This document shows positions 25,208-36,964 of a stretch of DNA of 64,000 nt, one piece after another. The notes under the pieces are model-generated. The model was not told where the DNA came from. It was given only the letters and a program-made list of their open reading frames with translations, and did no database searches. Position 1 is the first letter of the stretch. Each line of letters starts with the position of its first letter. The translations under genes were made by a program, and so were the position numbers. Origin of the DNA: Atractiella rhizophila (taxonomy: Eukaryota); the NCBI GenBank assembly GCA_021432655.1, contig MU271216.1, positions 1 through 64,000 of the forward strand, written 5' to 3'.

Positions 25208-28200
25208 AAATGTCAGGGCATCCAAATGAGAGCAAGCTCCACTGCCACTAGCCCTGTCCAAAAACTCCTTTTCCAAAATTTCGCTAAAAATGTCTGTTTT
25301 GTTTTTAAGTTTTAAGCAGATCTGAGTTGCGCTTATCTGACCCAAGTGAAGCTAATCTGAGCAAACTCAAAAAAAATCAGAATATATGAAAGAGGCCAGG
25401 GACCCTCAGGATAAGCTCCTCTCTGAAGAAAAAATTTTTTTTCCCCTCCTGAGTCCTGTTGTCAGACATAGACATGTCTGTGGTGTGTAACTGCTCTCCA
25501 CTCCCTCCCTTCGCTCCCTCCATCTGCCTTAAGAATGGCCAAATCTCAGCTCACATTGCTCCATCAGCTCACACTTATGTACTCAAATGTGCTCCTTCTT
25601 GATGAAGAGAGCTACGATGAGAATATTTTAATCATAACTGGCCCCATTTCTCTAGCTTGCTCTTTCCATTAACCTGAGCCAACTAGAAGAACCTCTCAGC
25701 GCACATCATGACCCTCAAGGAAGTTATAACCTGCCGAAATCAATCAATATCTATCTGCAACATATACATCATACACGAGACATGCATTTTTGAGCTTTTT
25801 TCGGTGAGTACATCAACTTCTCATTCCATTCTGTCTGGTACATGTGAAACACCTTAATCTTAGCATGGTACAGCCTGTATTCCAATTTATCTGCCAGTTA
25901 GGACCATTCCAGCTGGATGTAGTCTTCAAGGGCATCAGGTCCTGAACGGGCTGTAAGGTGTGGTTTCGGCATGACGAAATGGGGAGGGACTGGAGGAGTG
26001 TGGGTGTAGGTGGGGAGGTACACCTCTGACGGGAGTGGGTGCTGGTTTGTAGTGTGGGAGAGTTGCTAGAGAGCTGTAGATCTGAGGGGGACGGCTGACA
26101 GGAGTCCTTGGTGTGAAAGTAATGCCATTGAGGTATTTCTTTGCAATACTGTTCCGAACCTGTTCCGCTTGTCATTGCATCCTGCACGTACTGTCAGTAT
26201 AGCAGGCTAAATGAAGAAAGTAGCGCACAAAGCATCCTCCTCATCGTCTGACCGCGACATTTTTCTACAATGTGAAAGCGAGGTACGCTAAACATAGGAG
26301 AAGCTGCTTACCTCGTTCCAGCAGAAGCTCCCGAAAGCGACACGGGTGTGTCAAGGCAAACCAGATTCTCGAGACTCTTTTGAGGATGGTCACTGGTATT
26401 TGGACGCAGCGTACGAGCGTATGACTTTTTTTCTTGCCAAAACTTTAACACTGCTTTGGCGGCGTGGTTGGTCCGATACACTTTCCCTCCCTGAAAAAAA
26501 GTCGAATAGTTTTCGGACAGGGCTACTGGGAGGCCCGGAATATTCTTATCACGGTCAAACCACATGTTTTTTTTTTCCGGCCGAGTTATGTCCCCCTGCC
26601 AGTCTTTTCAATCCAAACGTTGGGTCAACGACGTAGAGCCGGGCTTAGAAAAAGTGCGGTTCGTTGGAAGTTATGCAGAAGTGCCGTGACCTCGTTCACT
26701 GCTCTTTCTGTTCGAGATTTTCATAGCCAGTATGTCAACAGGAGGATAAGCCTAAACTCCAAGACCAAATTTGGGATTCTTTGCCAGTTCTTCATGCAGA
26801 AAGAGCTCAGTGTTTTCGAAGACACATCACACGTTTGATACCCATGTTGTTACCTGGTAGGTTTCCCACACTTCAACATTGAGGTATAGGATTTACCGTT
26901 TAGCTATGGGCAGTGGAATTGGAGGGGGAGAAAGGATGGAGGTTGGAACTGGGACACTCTCACTGTTGGAGATGTGTAAAATGTTAGTAATACTTTCTTC
27001 ATGAATATTCTGGAAGTTCCTATTTGCCACAGGCTCTCATGTATATAAACACCTGTTCTTGTGTTTCTGCTGCTCATGCATTTGCAAGAGCTCAGCCAAA
27101 CGTAATACATTTGTTTGAAGTTAACAAAGCAGCAGAGAAGAACAACACTCACAATACATTTCAGGATCAATCAGGGGATGGTGACGATGGAGCTTTCATA
27201 AGAGAAGCAGCAAAAAACTGGTTGCCGTTCCGTTATTCTTTGAGTACTCTCCGATGAGTACGTTTCCATCTCAGACGACATATACAACATGGAAGAAAGG
27301 TATGGGCTAGGTCCCTTGCCTCTTCCTGCCTGGCACAAATGAGCGCAAATAAGTACAAAAATTTCTGTTCTGTGCGCTCATTTGCGTATCACTATATCAC
27401 TTTCAATACCGTTGAGTAAGGTGTTTAGGATTGCTGCAAACAGTGGGCTATCTGCTTCTGGGAAACCTAGCAAAGTCGGCCACCATAGCTCTCCCCCACA
27501 GCTTCAAAGAAATTACGTGCCAACAAGGGTTCGACCGTGGCACTTGAACAATTGGTACATAAGCGAGAGGGAAAAAGATTGGCATTCTGTTGAACAACGA
27601 AGACGCAATCACGCTTGGAGCGTCTATATCGTTCTCCTCGACTCTCCAGCTCTCCAAGCAAGGAGAGCGTGGGTTCTTTGCGCTTCCTCTGCTCTCATTC
27701 TCGCTGGACGGTTCATCCCACGACAAACTGTCAGCCGTCATTTCCGACTCTTATGAGGTCTGAGGATAACTTCGAAGTCATTGCTGTAATTTCAAAGATT
27801 GGGCTCGCTAATGATGTCAAAGGACTCTCCGTATGCACGTCCTATTCGTGAATATCTCTACGCCCTTGTCGCTCGTTCTAAACTACCATTTCGACAATTG
27901 TTTACTACAGGTGAGCAGAGCAGAGGGTATTCAAAGCATCCATGTCTCATTTCAGTTCAGTGTGTCTGTGCTAAATTATTCATAGACTGCACTCGATCCT
28001 CTTTACGAACTTTTGAACGCACTAATGATTCCAGCAGTAGTAATTGTCAAATTTTCCCTTTCCTTTCCTTTCTACAGTCCACGGAACTAACCCTTCGCCT
28101 ACTCATCCCTCAGAACAGTCCTCACGGCATTATCCGGCGTCACGTTCCTTCTCAGCTGTCGCTTTAAGAGAGAAATATTTTCATTAGAGGCACACTCTTC

Positions 28201-31200
28201 ACTCACCTAAGTACAGGTATGTTCTGACAGACTAGATGTAGGTCATGCAACTGCCAGTCAACGCCGAAATGGATGGAAAACGCAATGGGGATAAGGCGAT
28301 GACACTACAGATGTCCAACATGTCTTGAAAATGGGGAAGTAAAAGCAGGAGTATGAGTGACTTTTCAGATCAGTACTGGCATATCTAACTTAATACAGCA
28401 CATTTCCCCAGGTTTCTTGGCTCTTCCTCTCAACTGACTTCCTAGGTAACTCTGGGATATCTGAAAAAGGAAATGCTGGGTCCCAATTAAGCACCCGTAC
28501 ATTTAGACACGAGACAAATATTCTAACAGGGTACCTACATCATCACAACCGCACTTGAGTGGTCGCAGTCGCTGGTTAAAGATCTGGTTGTTGGTATGCC
28601 TCAGAAGTCGATCGTGTTGTATTCATTCGTTGGATCTTTGACTGACCTGACATGTCACATTCGCACATCTTTGCATCGGCCCTGACAAAATGGAAGGATG
28701 GTTGTACTACAAATTCACTCACAGAAAAACTAGTTTCTGTATATGCTCCTTCTCAAGGGCAGTTCACTGATCGCCAGATCAAAAATTCTGAAGATCCTTT
28801 ACATTTTACATAGCCATATTACAGAGTCAATTTTCCTATGAGAAGTGATAGTAGGGTTAAATTAGGTATTATCTGGCACACTAACCCATACCCAAAGTTA
28901 TTCTTGGGTGTGCGGTAAAAAATACCAACTATACGGTTGTATTGCACCTCAAGTCATAGACAATGTGTCTTTAGGGTTCCCATCTCAGTGCTACTAGCAA
29001 GACTCCTAAAGTAATAAGGAACGGCAGTATCTTTGACCAATCGGGTATGGGAAAGGTATAACCATTGGGAGGCGTGCTCCGCGTTGATTTGCTCTTCTGC
29101 CAGTGGGCTTTTATATCAAGGACCACCTTGAAGTGGTCAATTGTTAGAGATTGATTGTGTTCCGTGGCTAGTGACAGGGCAACGCTGACGGTGTTTTTAA
29201 TCTATCACAGGACATTGGTCAAAACCAGGTCGCACGCTTGCGAGAGATGTACCTGACGGCCATCGAGCACATGACCGGCTAGGATATCGTACTGCTCATC
29301 ACTCAAGTCGGGTTGGCTTCGCAGAGCACGGCGCAAAAAGGTTTCTCCTTTATCTCTCTACTTTCGACAGGAATCTGATGGGCACAACTGATGTCGACAG
29401 GCCCAGTTTTGTTCATTACTATGGATCCGGAGCATTGAAATCCAGTTGAAGTCGTTTCATATTTCTAGTGAAGTTCTGAGTGTCTGTAAGGAAGTATGCA
29501 GTGCTGTGTACGATGTATCTTTTTTCCGTGTAGATCGATAGTTCACCAATAACATATACACATATACATTACTCTAAAGCTACTCAGCTTCAACCCGTTC
29601 ATACAGGTCGGTCGCCCAAGTTCATTGAGACCAAAACACCAAAAAAAACGGTCCATACATCATTACTTTCCTGGGAAACTTCTATGGTGCTAAAAGCCCT
29701 ATCATAGCTCATAGGCATTTTGTCACCTAGGCTCTATGGTAGACCCTCTATAGTGCCATAGGAAGGGTTGCCCTATGGGCCATATTGCACAATGGCACTA
29801 TGCCTGTGACTCACGGTCTTATTGGTTTGTTCTCAGGCTTATGCCGTAAAAATGCTTTAAAAATCATTGTATTGTTGACACAAATATAACTTGGTAATGT
29901 ACACACTGTTGTCACACTATCAAAAGGGGGGTTGTATCGTCCACACACCAGAGACCACTTACCAACTGTCCAGGGGCATGGGAAAACAGTATTAAAGCAT
30001 TCACCTCAGGCTTTGATGCGGGACCTGGCATGTTGAACCATTGCAGTGAGTCATAGAACAAGGTTGCGAAAGGGAGATATTGACCTCTCCACACTAAGGG
30101 ATTCACTTTCAAACCATCCCTTGCACTTCACATAGTACTCACCTCAATACCATAAATGCTTCTTGCCCCCAATCCAATTACATGCTTAGATAATGATGAC
30201 TGTTTGAAAGGCATGTGAGTGAGAAAGGAGTGGACTTACAGCGAGAGCAACTCTCCCTGCTCAAGTTGCTGGAGGTCAAGAAAAGTAGCTAGACTAGTGT
30301 GAGAGTGTTGGGAGGTGGGAGGACAAGCGGAGAATAAACTTGATGTGACAAACATCATTGAAGCGATGAATGTTCGACGTCGACGGTTTGCGACAAGTTG
30401 AACTTGGATTTTTTTACCTCTTGAAATAAGCCCCTCGGGGCGACCTCAGGCAGAATGTGGTGAGTCATTCTGGTTGTCCAGTGGGTTGTGGGTTCTCAAT
30501 CAGAAAGCAGACATTAGGGTTAGGGATGGAGGTGGGACCAACATCAACAGGAGAGGGCAGAACCATCAGAGTCCAACACAGTGGGACTTCAAAGCGAACC
30601 AAAGACAAAACACTCACAGTGTAGCTTCTCCCTTCTTGATATGTTCCTCTCAGACACTTCCAACAGTAAATAACTGGGAGTAGGAGGGGGAGGAACGATA
30701 GTGGGGTGTGAGATGAGGGTTCCACCAGAAGACAAGACTGGCTAGATCCTGTTTCGCTAAGGCTTCTTCAGTTCTGGTGATGGTGAGGGCTCTTTGGGAG
30801 GCGTTCTGGGTGGTTTATAAGTGAAGGAATTGATGGGGATTGCCCATCGCATCATGCAGAGTTGTTATCTGCGCTTCAGCGTAGGCTGAGGTTCTTTCTT
30901 GTGTTTTCTTTATTCATTGCAGTGTTCAGTCCTTATGTGGAAGGGAATAGGGTGGAATGTGGTCTTTGTGGCCCCTTTTTGGTCGCTCAAAGGGTCCTGA
31001 CACCCCCTCTATGGGCTGTCTCTCCTGCATTTCCCTGTTCCTCAAAATGAGGCGGCAACACATCATATGCTTCTTGTGCTAAATGGGGATGCTCTGGATG
31101 ATTCACGGCGGTCATGGAGAGTCCTGAGGCGTCTATTCCATTCCTTTTCGATAGCAAAGTGCTGTGGGATCCCTATTTTTTACACCTTTCTTTTGTTAAG

Positions 31201-31348
31201 TACTGGTTATCCTTTTAGATCTCATGGATTGTTATGGCTTGGAAGCTTTTAAGATCGGTTTCAATGGCAATGATCTCTGTCACAATGTTTTTCCAAAGGC
31301 TGGTATGTTCTTTGCTTGTGTACCTTCCTATCTTTTTCTGAATTTTGT

Positions 31349-31960
31349 GGTTTCGTCGCAGTGAAGCATTGGGTCATGGGAGAGAATGAGAATGTCCCAT
31401 TGGTTCTCTCTTATGATCCCATCAGCGATGAATTCTCCACCCTCATGAATTCATATATCGTCAACTCTGCAGTGCACTTTATGGATGGACAGTTCCCCGT
31501 TCTGCTTCATCCAGGGGAGAAGAGGTCAGTTCTCTCGATTCCTGTCTCACATTAGCGCCATTTTACTCATTTTTGGATGTAGGAGGTGCTATGAACCGTA
31601 TCACGTAGCCTGGTATCGGCGTCAAGGCACCAGGGGCAGTCTTAGGACCACTTATGGCGATCCCATGGTGTGGGCACGGTCCAAGAACTTTTTCTTGACT
31701 GCTGTGGTCCCAATAGGTTCATTCTCTATCCTATTTCCTTTCATATTTTCGCCTAATCCATGTTTATAGAGATATACTGCCGTTTATCGCCTAGACAGTT
31801 CCAAGCGATCATCAGGAGGAGGGAGAAGGAGGGATGGCAGTATGATGATTCTGCAGATCATGATCTGGAGAAGGAGGCTATTGACCTTTGCAAAAGGCAC
31901 TCTGTATTTCCCCACAAGGTACCTTGGGGTCAGTTCATAGAGTTGGAGGTTAAGAAATAA
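31349..31960 (+). CDS. Hypothetical multi-exon protein (3' exons; start uncertain)
   Basis: Three consecutive ORF segments (31316-31555, 31485-31769, 31760-31960) separated by ~55-nt GT-AG intron-like gaps and ending ...VPWGQFIELEVKK*. Confidence 0.35.
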
Positions 31961-32440
31961 ATGTGATTCATTCGATTCATCTCAGTATCGTCATTGCACC
32001 ATGAGAGGCTGAGTTCTATTGATTCCTTCGACTTTCTTTGGGGCGAGGGCCGCCTCATAACGTCTCAGAAGTGTTCTGAGGGCCGCCTTTCATGTGTACA
32101 TGTCTAGTCTTGCATCAAAGTTCAAGGGATTGATTATGAGCTTGAGGTTTTGCAACGATGTGGGTCTTATCACGTCTTCACAGTTTGAGCACCACAAAGG
32201 CGTCTTGATCCTCAAAGTCTTCTTTGGGGTCAGGATACTCTTTTCATACTCGTCTGCTTTTGTCATATCTTGGTTTGTCAAGACGTAACCGCACAGAGGA
32301 GGTGCTGACGAGCATATGAGGGCTTTCCATCAGACTCTGCTCACAACTCGAGCGGTAGATTGACTTGCGAGGCAGAGGTTGCTACCTCTGAGGGTTCAAA
32401 GGCTCATGATGGGCTCTTACTACATCTCCTCACAAGGCTA

Positions 32441-32726
32441 TGACTACTAAGGGTACTTTAGGGTTCAACCCTGGCTCTTTCAGGAATGCGATCCAGGCTG
32501 AATCCTTGCCTCCTGGCTGCCCAGGGTACAACCCTACCTCTGTTAGGAACAAGATCCTACCTACATCCTTGCCTCCTCGCCGCCCAGGGTACGACCCTGA
32601 TGTATCAGGAACAGGATCCCACCTACATCCTTGCTTCCTCGCCGCCTAGGGTACAACCCTGCCTGTGTCACAAACAGGATCCTGGCTATATCCTTGCCTC
32701 CTAGGCACCCAAGGTGCGACCCTGCC
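32441..32726 (+). repeat. 63-bp tandem array (~4.3 units) preceded by a terminus-like motif; inverted relative to 50896-51610
   Basis: The AGGGT-NNN-ACCCT core starts at 32460, 32523, 32586, 32648 and 32711. Confidence 0.92.
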
Positions 32727-33019
32727 CCAATAAAAACAGCATCATTACAAAACTGTTGTCTCTTAGTCAACCAGGGTGGAACCCTGCCAGAGATAGGAGT
32801 AACAATCCAGTCAAAATGTCATGTACGTATAAACGCTCGCAGGCACAGGCAATGTCCTCTGTAAGACATCTTAAAACACTTATATATTGAAGTCCTTGCT
32901 TCATTGGAGAGCTTTGGTTTATATTTGGCATATATGTCCAATTAAACAAAGTACATTCAAAGTTGCAAAATGAATTTATAGCAGTTTAGAAATCTGTTCT
33001 CTGTACGTTATTAACGATA

Positions 33020-33505
33020 AGTGCAATTTTTGCAAAACTGCACCAGATCGATAGGTTATCGACACCAGGTATAGAGGGGTCTGAGGGGTGCAATTTTGTT
33101 GAAAGTGTCCCATATTGATAGGTTATCGACACCTCATGTAGAGGGGTCTCATAAGTACAATTTTGTTGAAAGTGTCCCATGTCGATAGGTTATCAACACT
33201 GGTATAGAGGGGTCTGAGGGCTGCAATTTTGTTGAAAGTGTCCCATATTGATAGGTTATCGACACCTCGTGTAGAGGGGTCTCAGGGGTGCAATTTTGTT
33301 GAAAGTGGTCCATGGCGATAGGTTATCGACACCTCATGTAGAGGGGTCTCATGAGTACAATTTTGTTGAAAGTGTCCCATGTCGATAGGTTATCGACACA
33401 GGTATAGAGGGCATGTGGAAAGTGCAATTTCGCTCAAACCGTCCCCAGTCGATAGGTTATCGACACAGATGTAGAGGGGGTGTGGAAAGTGCAATTTCGC
33501 TCCAA
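33020..33505 (+). repeat. 67-bp tandem array (~7 units) with palindromic core GTCGATA-GGT-TATCGAC
   Basis: GATAGGTTATC at 33050, 33117, 33184, 33250, 33317, 33384 and 33451. Confidence 0.95.
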
Positions 33506-34101
33506 ACATTCTAATCTCTTGCTCATCACCGAAGGTGGCTAATGAGGATGTGGCGACAAAGTTCATACATACATGCAATTTCCATATGAATGATATATCC
33601 CTCCCACAGAGGTGTTCTAGCTCCATATGCTTCACCTGAAAAAATGTTCCTGCAAACCACCCTTATCATTGCATGTTTTACAATCTCGCTCACACTTATG
33701 TTACAATTACTAGAAGATGTAAAATTACAAAGGGTTTAGAATAGCGTAACATGCGCCTGTCTTCCTGAAGGTTTCAGCAATGATCTTGTTCATTCTCTGC
33801 TTATCGTCATATTCGACCGTAAGGTTTCAAAACAAGCTCTTTAATAGGTCACATTTGTTAAATCATTCTTAACACGTTTTCATTTTAATGGTATTACTAT
33901 TTTAAACAGCTCCATCATCTTGATCATTGGTCATACCTTCAAGTTTGTGTATACCCCAAATTGATTCTACACAATTCAGCCCCTCGCTTGCTCAAGTATA
34001 CATCCAATGCATGCACTACTTTCAGCAGGGTATCAATCTATCCATATCTGTAGCCAATCTTAAGCGGCTGCCTGGCCGAGTTTCATGAAACTTTGGTTCT
34101 C

Positions 34102-34310
34102 ATACCCCTCTATACGTAGTGTCGATAACCTATCGCCATGGGCCACTTTCAACAAAATTGCACCCCTCAGACCCCTCTACACGAGGTGTCGATAACCTAT
34201 CGACATGGGACACTTTCAACAAAATTGTACTCATGAGACCCCTCTATACCCGGTGTCGATAACCTTTCGACATGGACCACTTTCAACAAAATTGCACCCC
34301 TCAGACCCCT
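34102..34310 (-). repeat. Inverted copy of the 67-bp array (~3 units)
   Basis: Units GTGTCGATAACCT.TCG.CATGG..CACTTTCAACAAAATTG are the reverse complement of the 33020-33505 units. Confidence 0.95.
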
Positions 34311-36786
34311 CTTCTTATCATCTTCACATTCCGAACTGCCCTCCAAACTTTGCCTTCTTTTTCTCATTGCGGAAGTGGCACGTTTATATGCAATTGGAAT
34401 GGATGGCGTAGAGGGCAAGCTGGAATTTGGACCTGAGACGGCTGCCTTCACGTTGCGCACTGTAGTGATAAAAGAGCGTGAAGGTGGCTGGGGAGTCGGT
34501 GTACGAAGAGCCTGGGTATGACTCGTAGCCAGCAACATTCTAGCCGCTGAAGCAGCAGAAGCGCCGACACTGGATATCACATCAGTAGATCGACAAAGAT
34601 GGTGCTGTGAAGGTGGAGGTACATGGTTAATGGGATGGAATGGAGATGATGTGGGGACTTGGAACGTGCTGGCAGCCCAGTTGAGATCACGTTCCTCCTC
34701 TCCACCGCAAATTATGAGTCGCTGCTAGAGAAACAAAAGAAAGACATGCTTCAGTTGTGTGATGGCTGACTTTGCATGCAAATCCTTTGCATAAATGACA
34801 TCCACAGATACTGTTCCGGCAATTCCTGCTGGTGGATGAAAACTGATCCCTAGTATCCTGCCGTGAGCATGCTGCCTGTGCCAATGTCAACACAATCCAA
34901 GTACTTTATGAGAACAAACACACCCTGATGTCGTCCTCATTGACTCCATCCGAAATATTGGCTATTCTGAGCACCCAAGGAACTTCAACATCCTTGGTGT
35001 AGTCAGAGGCTGCAGCAGGTCCAGCATGCATATGAAGCCAAGAGAATCGGTTAGGGTTGATGAGGATGCCAGCAGTATCTGAGTCAGGATCTGTTGATCG
35101 CTTGAAACTCCTATACGCATTTCGAGGTTCACGAGGCTGGGAGGAGAATGTAACATTGTACCGCATATCGCCTAGTTGATCGTTGATGGTGGATTGGGAA
35201 ACAGAATCAGCCTCATCCTCGATTGGGACATTGTGAGTGTTTTCTGGTGAGGAGACAATCTACGGACGAAGTGAGCCGCAAAATAGTGAGATGAGAAGGG
35301 ATACAGACAAATTTTGCTCTCAGTCCGGCAATGGTGTCAATAGCTTTCGCTCTTTTCATTTTCCGTAAAGCAGCCTCCTCCTGCTTCTCATTTTCTCTAT
35401 CAGCTTGTCAGAAGGGATAAGACGGGGGTTACCTTCTTCTCTTTAGCAGCATCAATAGTTTTAGCACTAGTGCCAGTCTTTCGGTATTTCTTCTATTCGG
35501 CATTCATCAACGAAGCTAACTGATGAAGAAGGAACTTACATTGCTCTGCTTTGGCTGAGCAGTCCGTCCTTTTGGCTTAGGGCCTTTGCTGTCAGAAAGC
35601 TGAAATTATTGTAAGCCAGAAATAACTGAGGATGAAAGAATGCGTACAAAGCCAGGATCTTCGCTGTCACTTCTATGACCATGCATGGTCTCAACGCCAG
35701 GGTTATCAGCTTCATCGCTACTGTCAATGCTCTGTTCTGTATCTTCTTGATCCATGAAATCTGCACCTCATTCAATCACAATGCGGAGCTGATTGACAAA
35801 TGCAACTTACTAAGAACCTTCCCTCTCGTTTCATAACGCTTAGCAACCGTCCCACATTCTGCAGCATTCTTTAATCGATCCTCTGCCACCTGATCTCCTT
35901 CGGGAGGCCCTTTCCTACCTCTCTTGCTAACTGAGGCCGAAAAGTGTTCCAAGTGTTGCGAAAGGGGCGACATGAGAGGCTGGATAGTAGGTAGGGATGA
36001 GGAAGAATCGAGCAGACTACTTAGCAAGGGATTGACTGAGGTTGTATTCTTCCCTTCGCCCTGAGTGTTGCTGCATGTGGTTGTATTCGATGAATTGTCT
36101 CCATTGTCCGCATCGAGCTCAATCACTCCACCTATCTCCCAGTCCGGCACACTCCTCCCTCTGCCCCTCTTTCTACTCAGTCCTCTCCCCTTTGCTCTTC
36201 CACTCCCACGTCCACTCCTTACTGGCTCACTGTACGGCCCGACCTGTTTCTCCACCACCACTCCTTCAGATCCAACTGTATTCTGTCCATGGACGTCCCT
36301 TGACTGATCCGCTGCCTTTAACGGTCTTGCCGTGAGTACTAAGGCTCGTGCAGTAGCAAGAGGGTCCTGTTCTAGTTTGACAGGCTCTTCAATCGGCCGT
36401 AAGTTACGCCGAGAACCAATCTCCCTTGCCTCGAGATCACGGATTGACTTCGTTTTTGTCTTTCGGTCAATTGTCTTGCGAGGTGGCAGGATGAGCTTGA
36501 CTTTGCATGGCCTGCATCGAGAGGCAGCGGGGTCAACTGCCAGAACAATCGTGTCACCAGGTTCTCCTAGAGGGAGCAGGGAGGACAGGGTCATTGCCCC
36601 CCTTTGCTCATCTGTCAAGGGGGTGACAAGGCGATTGCAGAAGTCGTCTTCAGCAAAGGAGCTATTTTGACAAAGAGTATCAGGAGGAGGGAAGCGAGTC
36701 TGGGGATCTTCCACCCTGTTAGTGAGATTCCTTGGAGACGACGGAGGTGGTGGAGACCGTTGTTTTGTAGACCGTTTTGGAGGCAT
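34311..36786 (-). pseudogene. Multi-exon gene for a low-complexity basic protein with a C-terminal RRM-like domain, divergent from the Plavaka transposase
   Basis: The 336-aa ORF MPPKRSTK... is followed by several GT-AG-linked exons and then VLRIANISDGVNEDDIR|AACS-HGRILGISFHPPAGIAGTVSVDVIYAKDLHAKSAITQL (RRM pattern, one frameshift needed). The 3' end runs into the 67-bp array. Confidence 0.55.
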
Positions 36787-36964
36787 TATATCTCGAAAGT
36801 GAGGCTTGAAAAGTTTTAAGACACTGAACTTGGTCGTAAAAATTTAGAAGCTTCTCAAGAAAAGAGAGGCACAAACCTGAGCAAACTGGAAAACAAGCGA
36901 CTTCCTCCCTCTCTTGCAAGTTTGTCCTCAATCTCCACTGACATCAGCATCACCTTCGATATAC

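Noticed and set aside
32455..32472. TTTAGGG / CCCTAAA telomere-like motif at the array termini
   Set aside because: Single occurrence per terminus, not a tandem telomeric tract.
33020..34310. CRISPR-like appearance (palindromic repeat at ~67-bp period)
   Set aside because: The intervening sequences are themselves repeated rather than unique spacers, there are no cas genes, and the context is eukaryotic.
34687..34893. Cys/His-rich ORF resembling a zinc knuckle
   Set aside because: The alternative frame continues the RRM pattern of the upstream exon much better.
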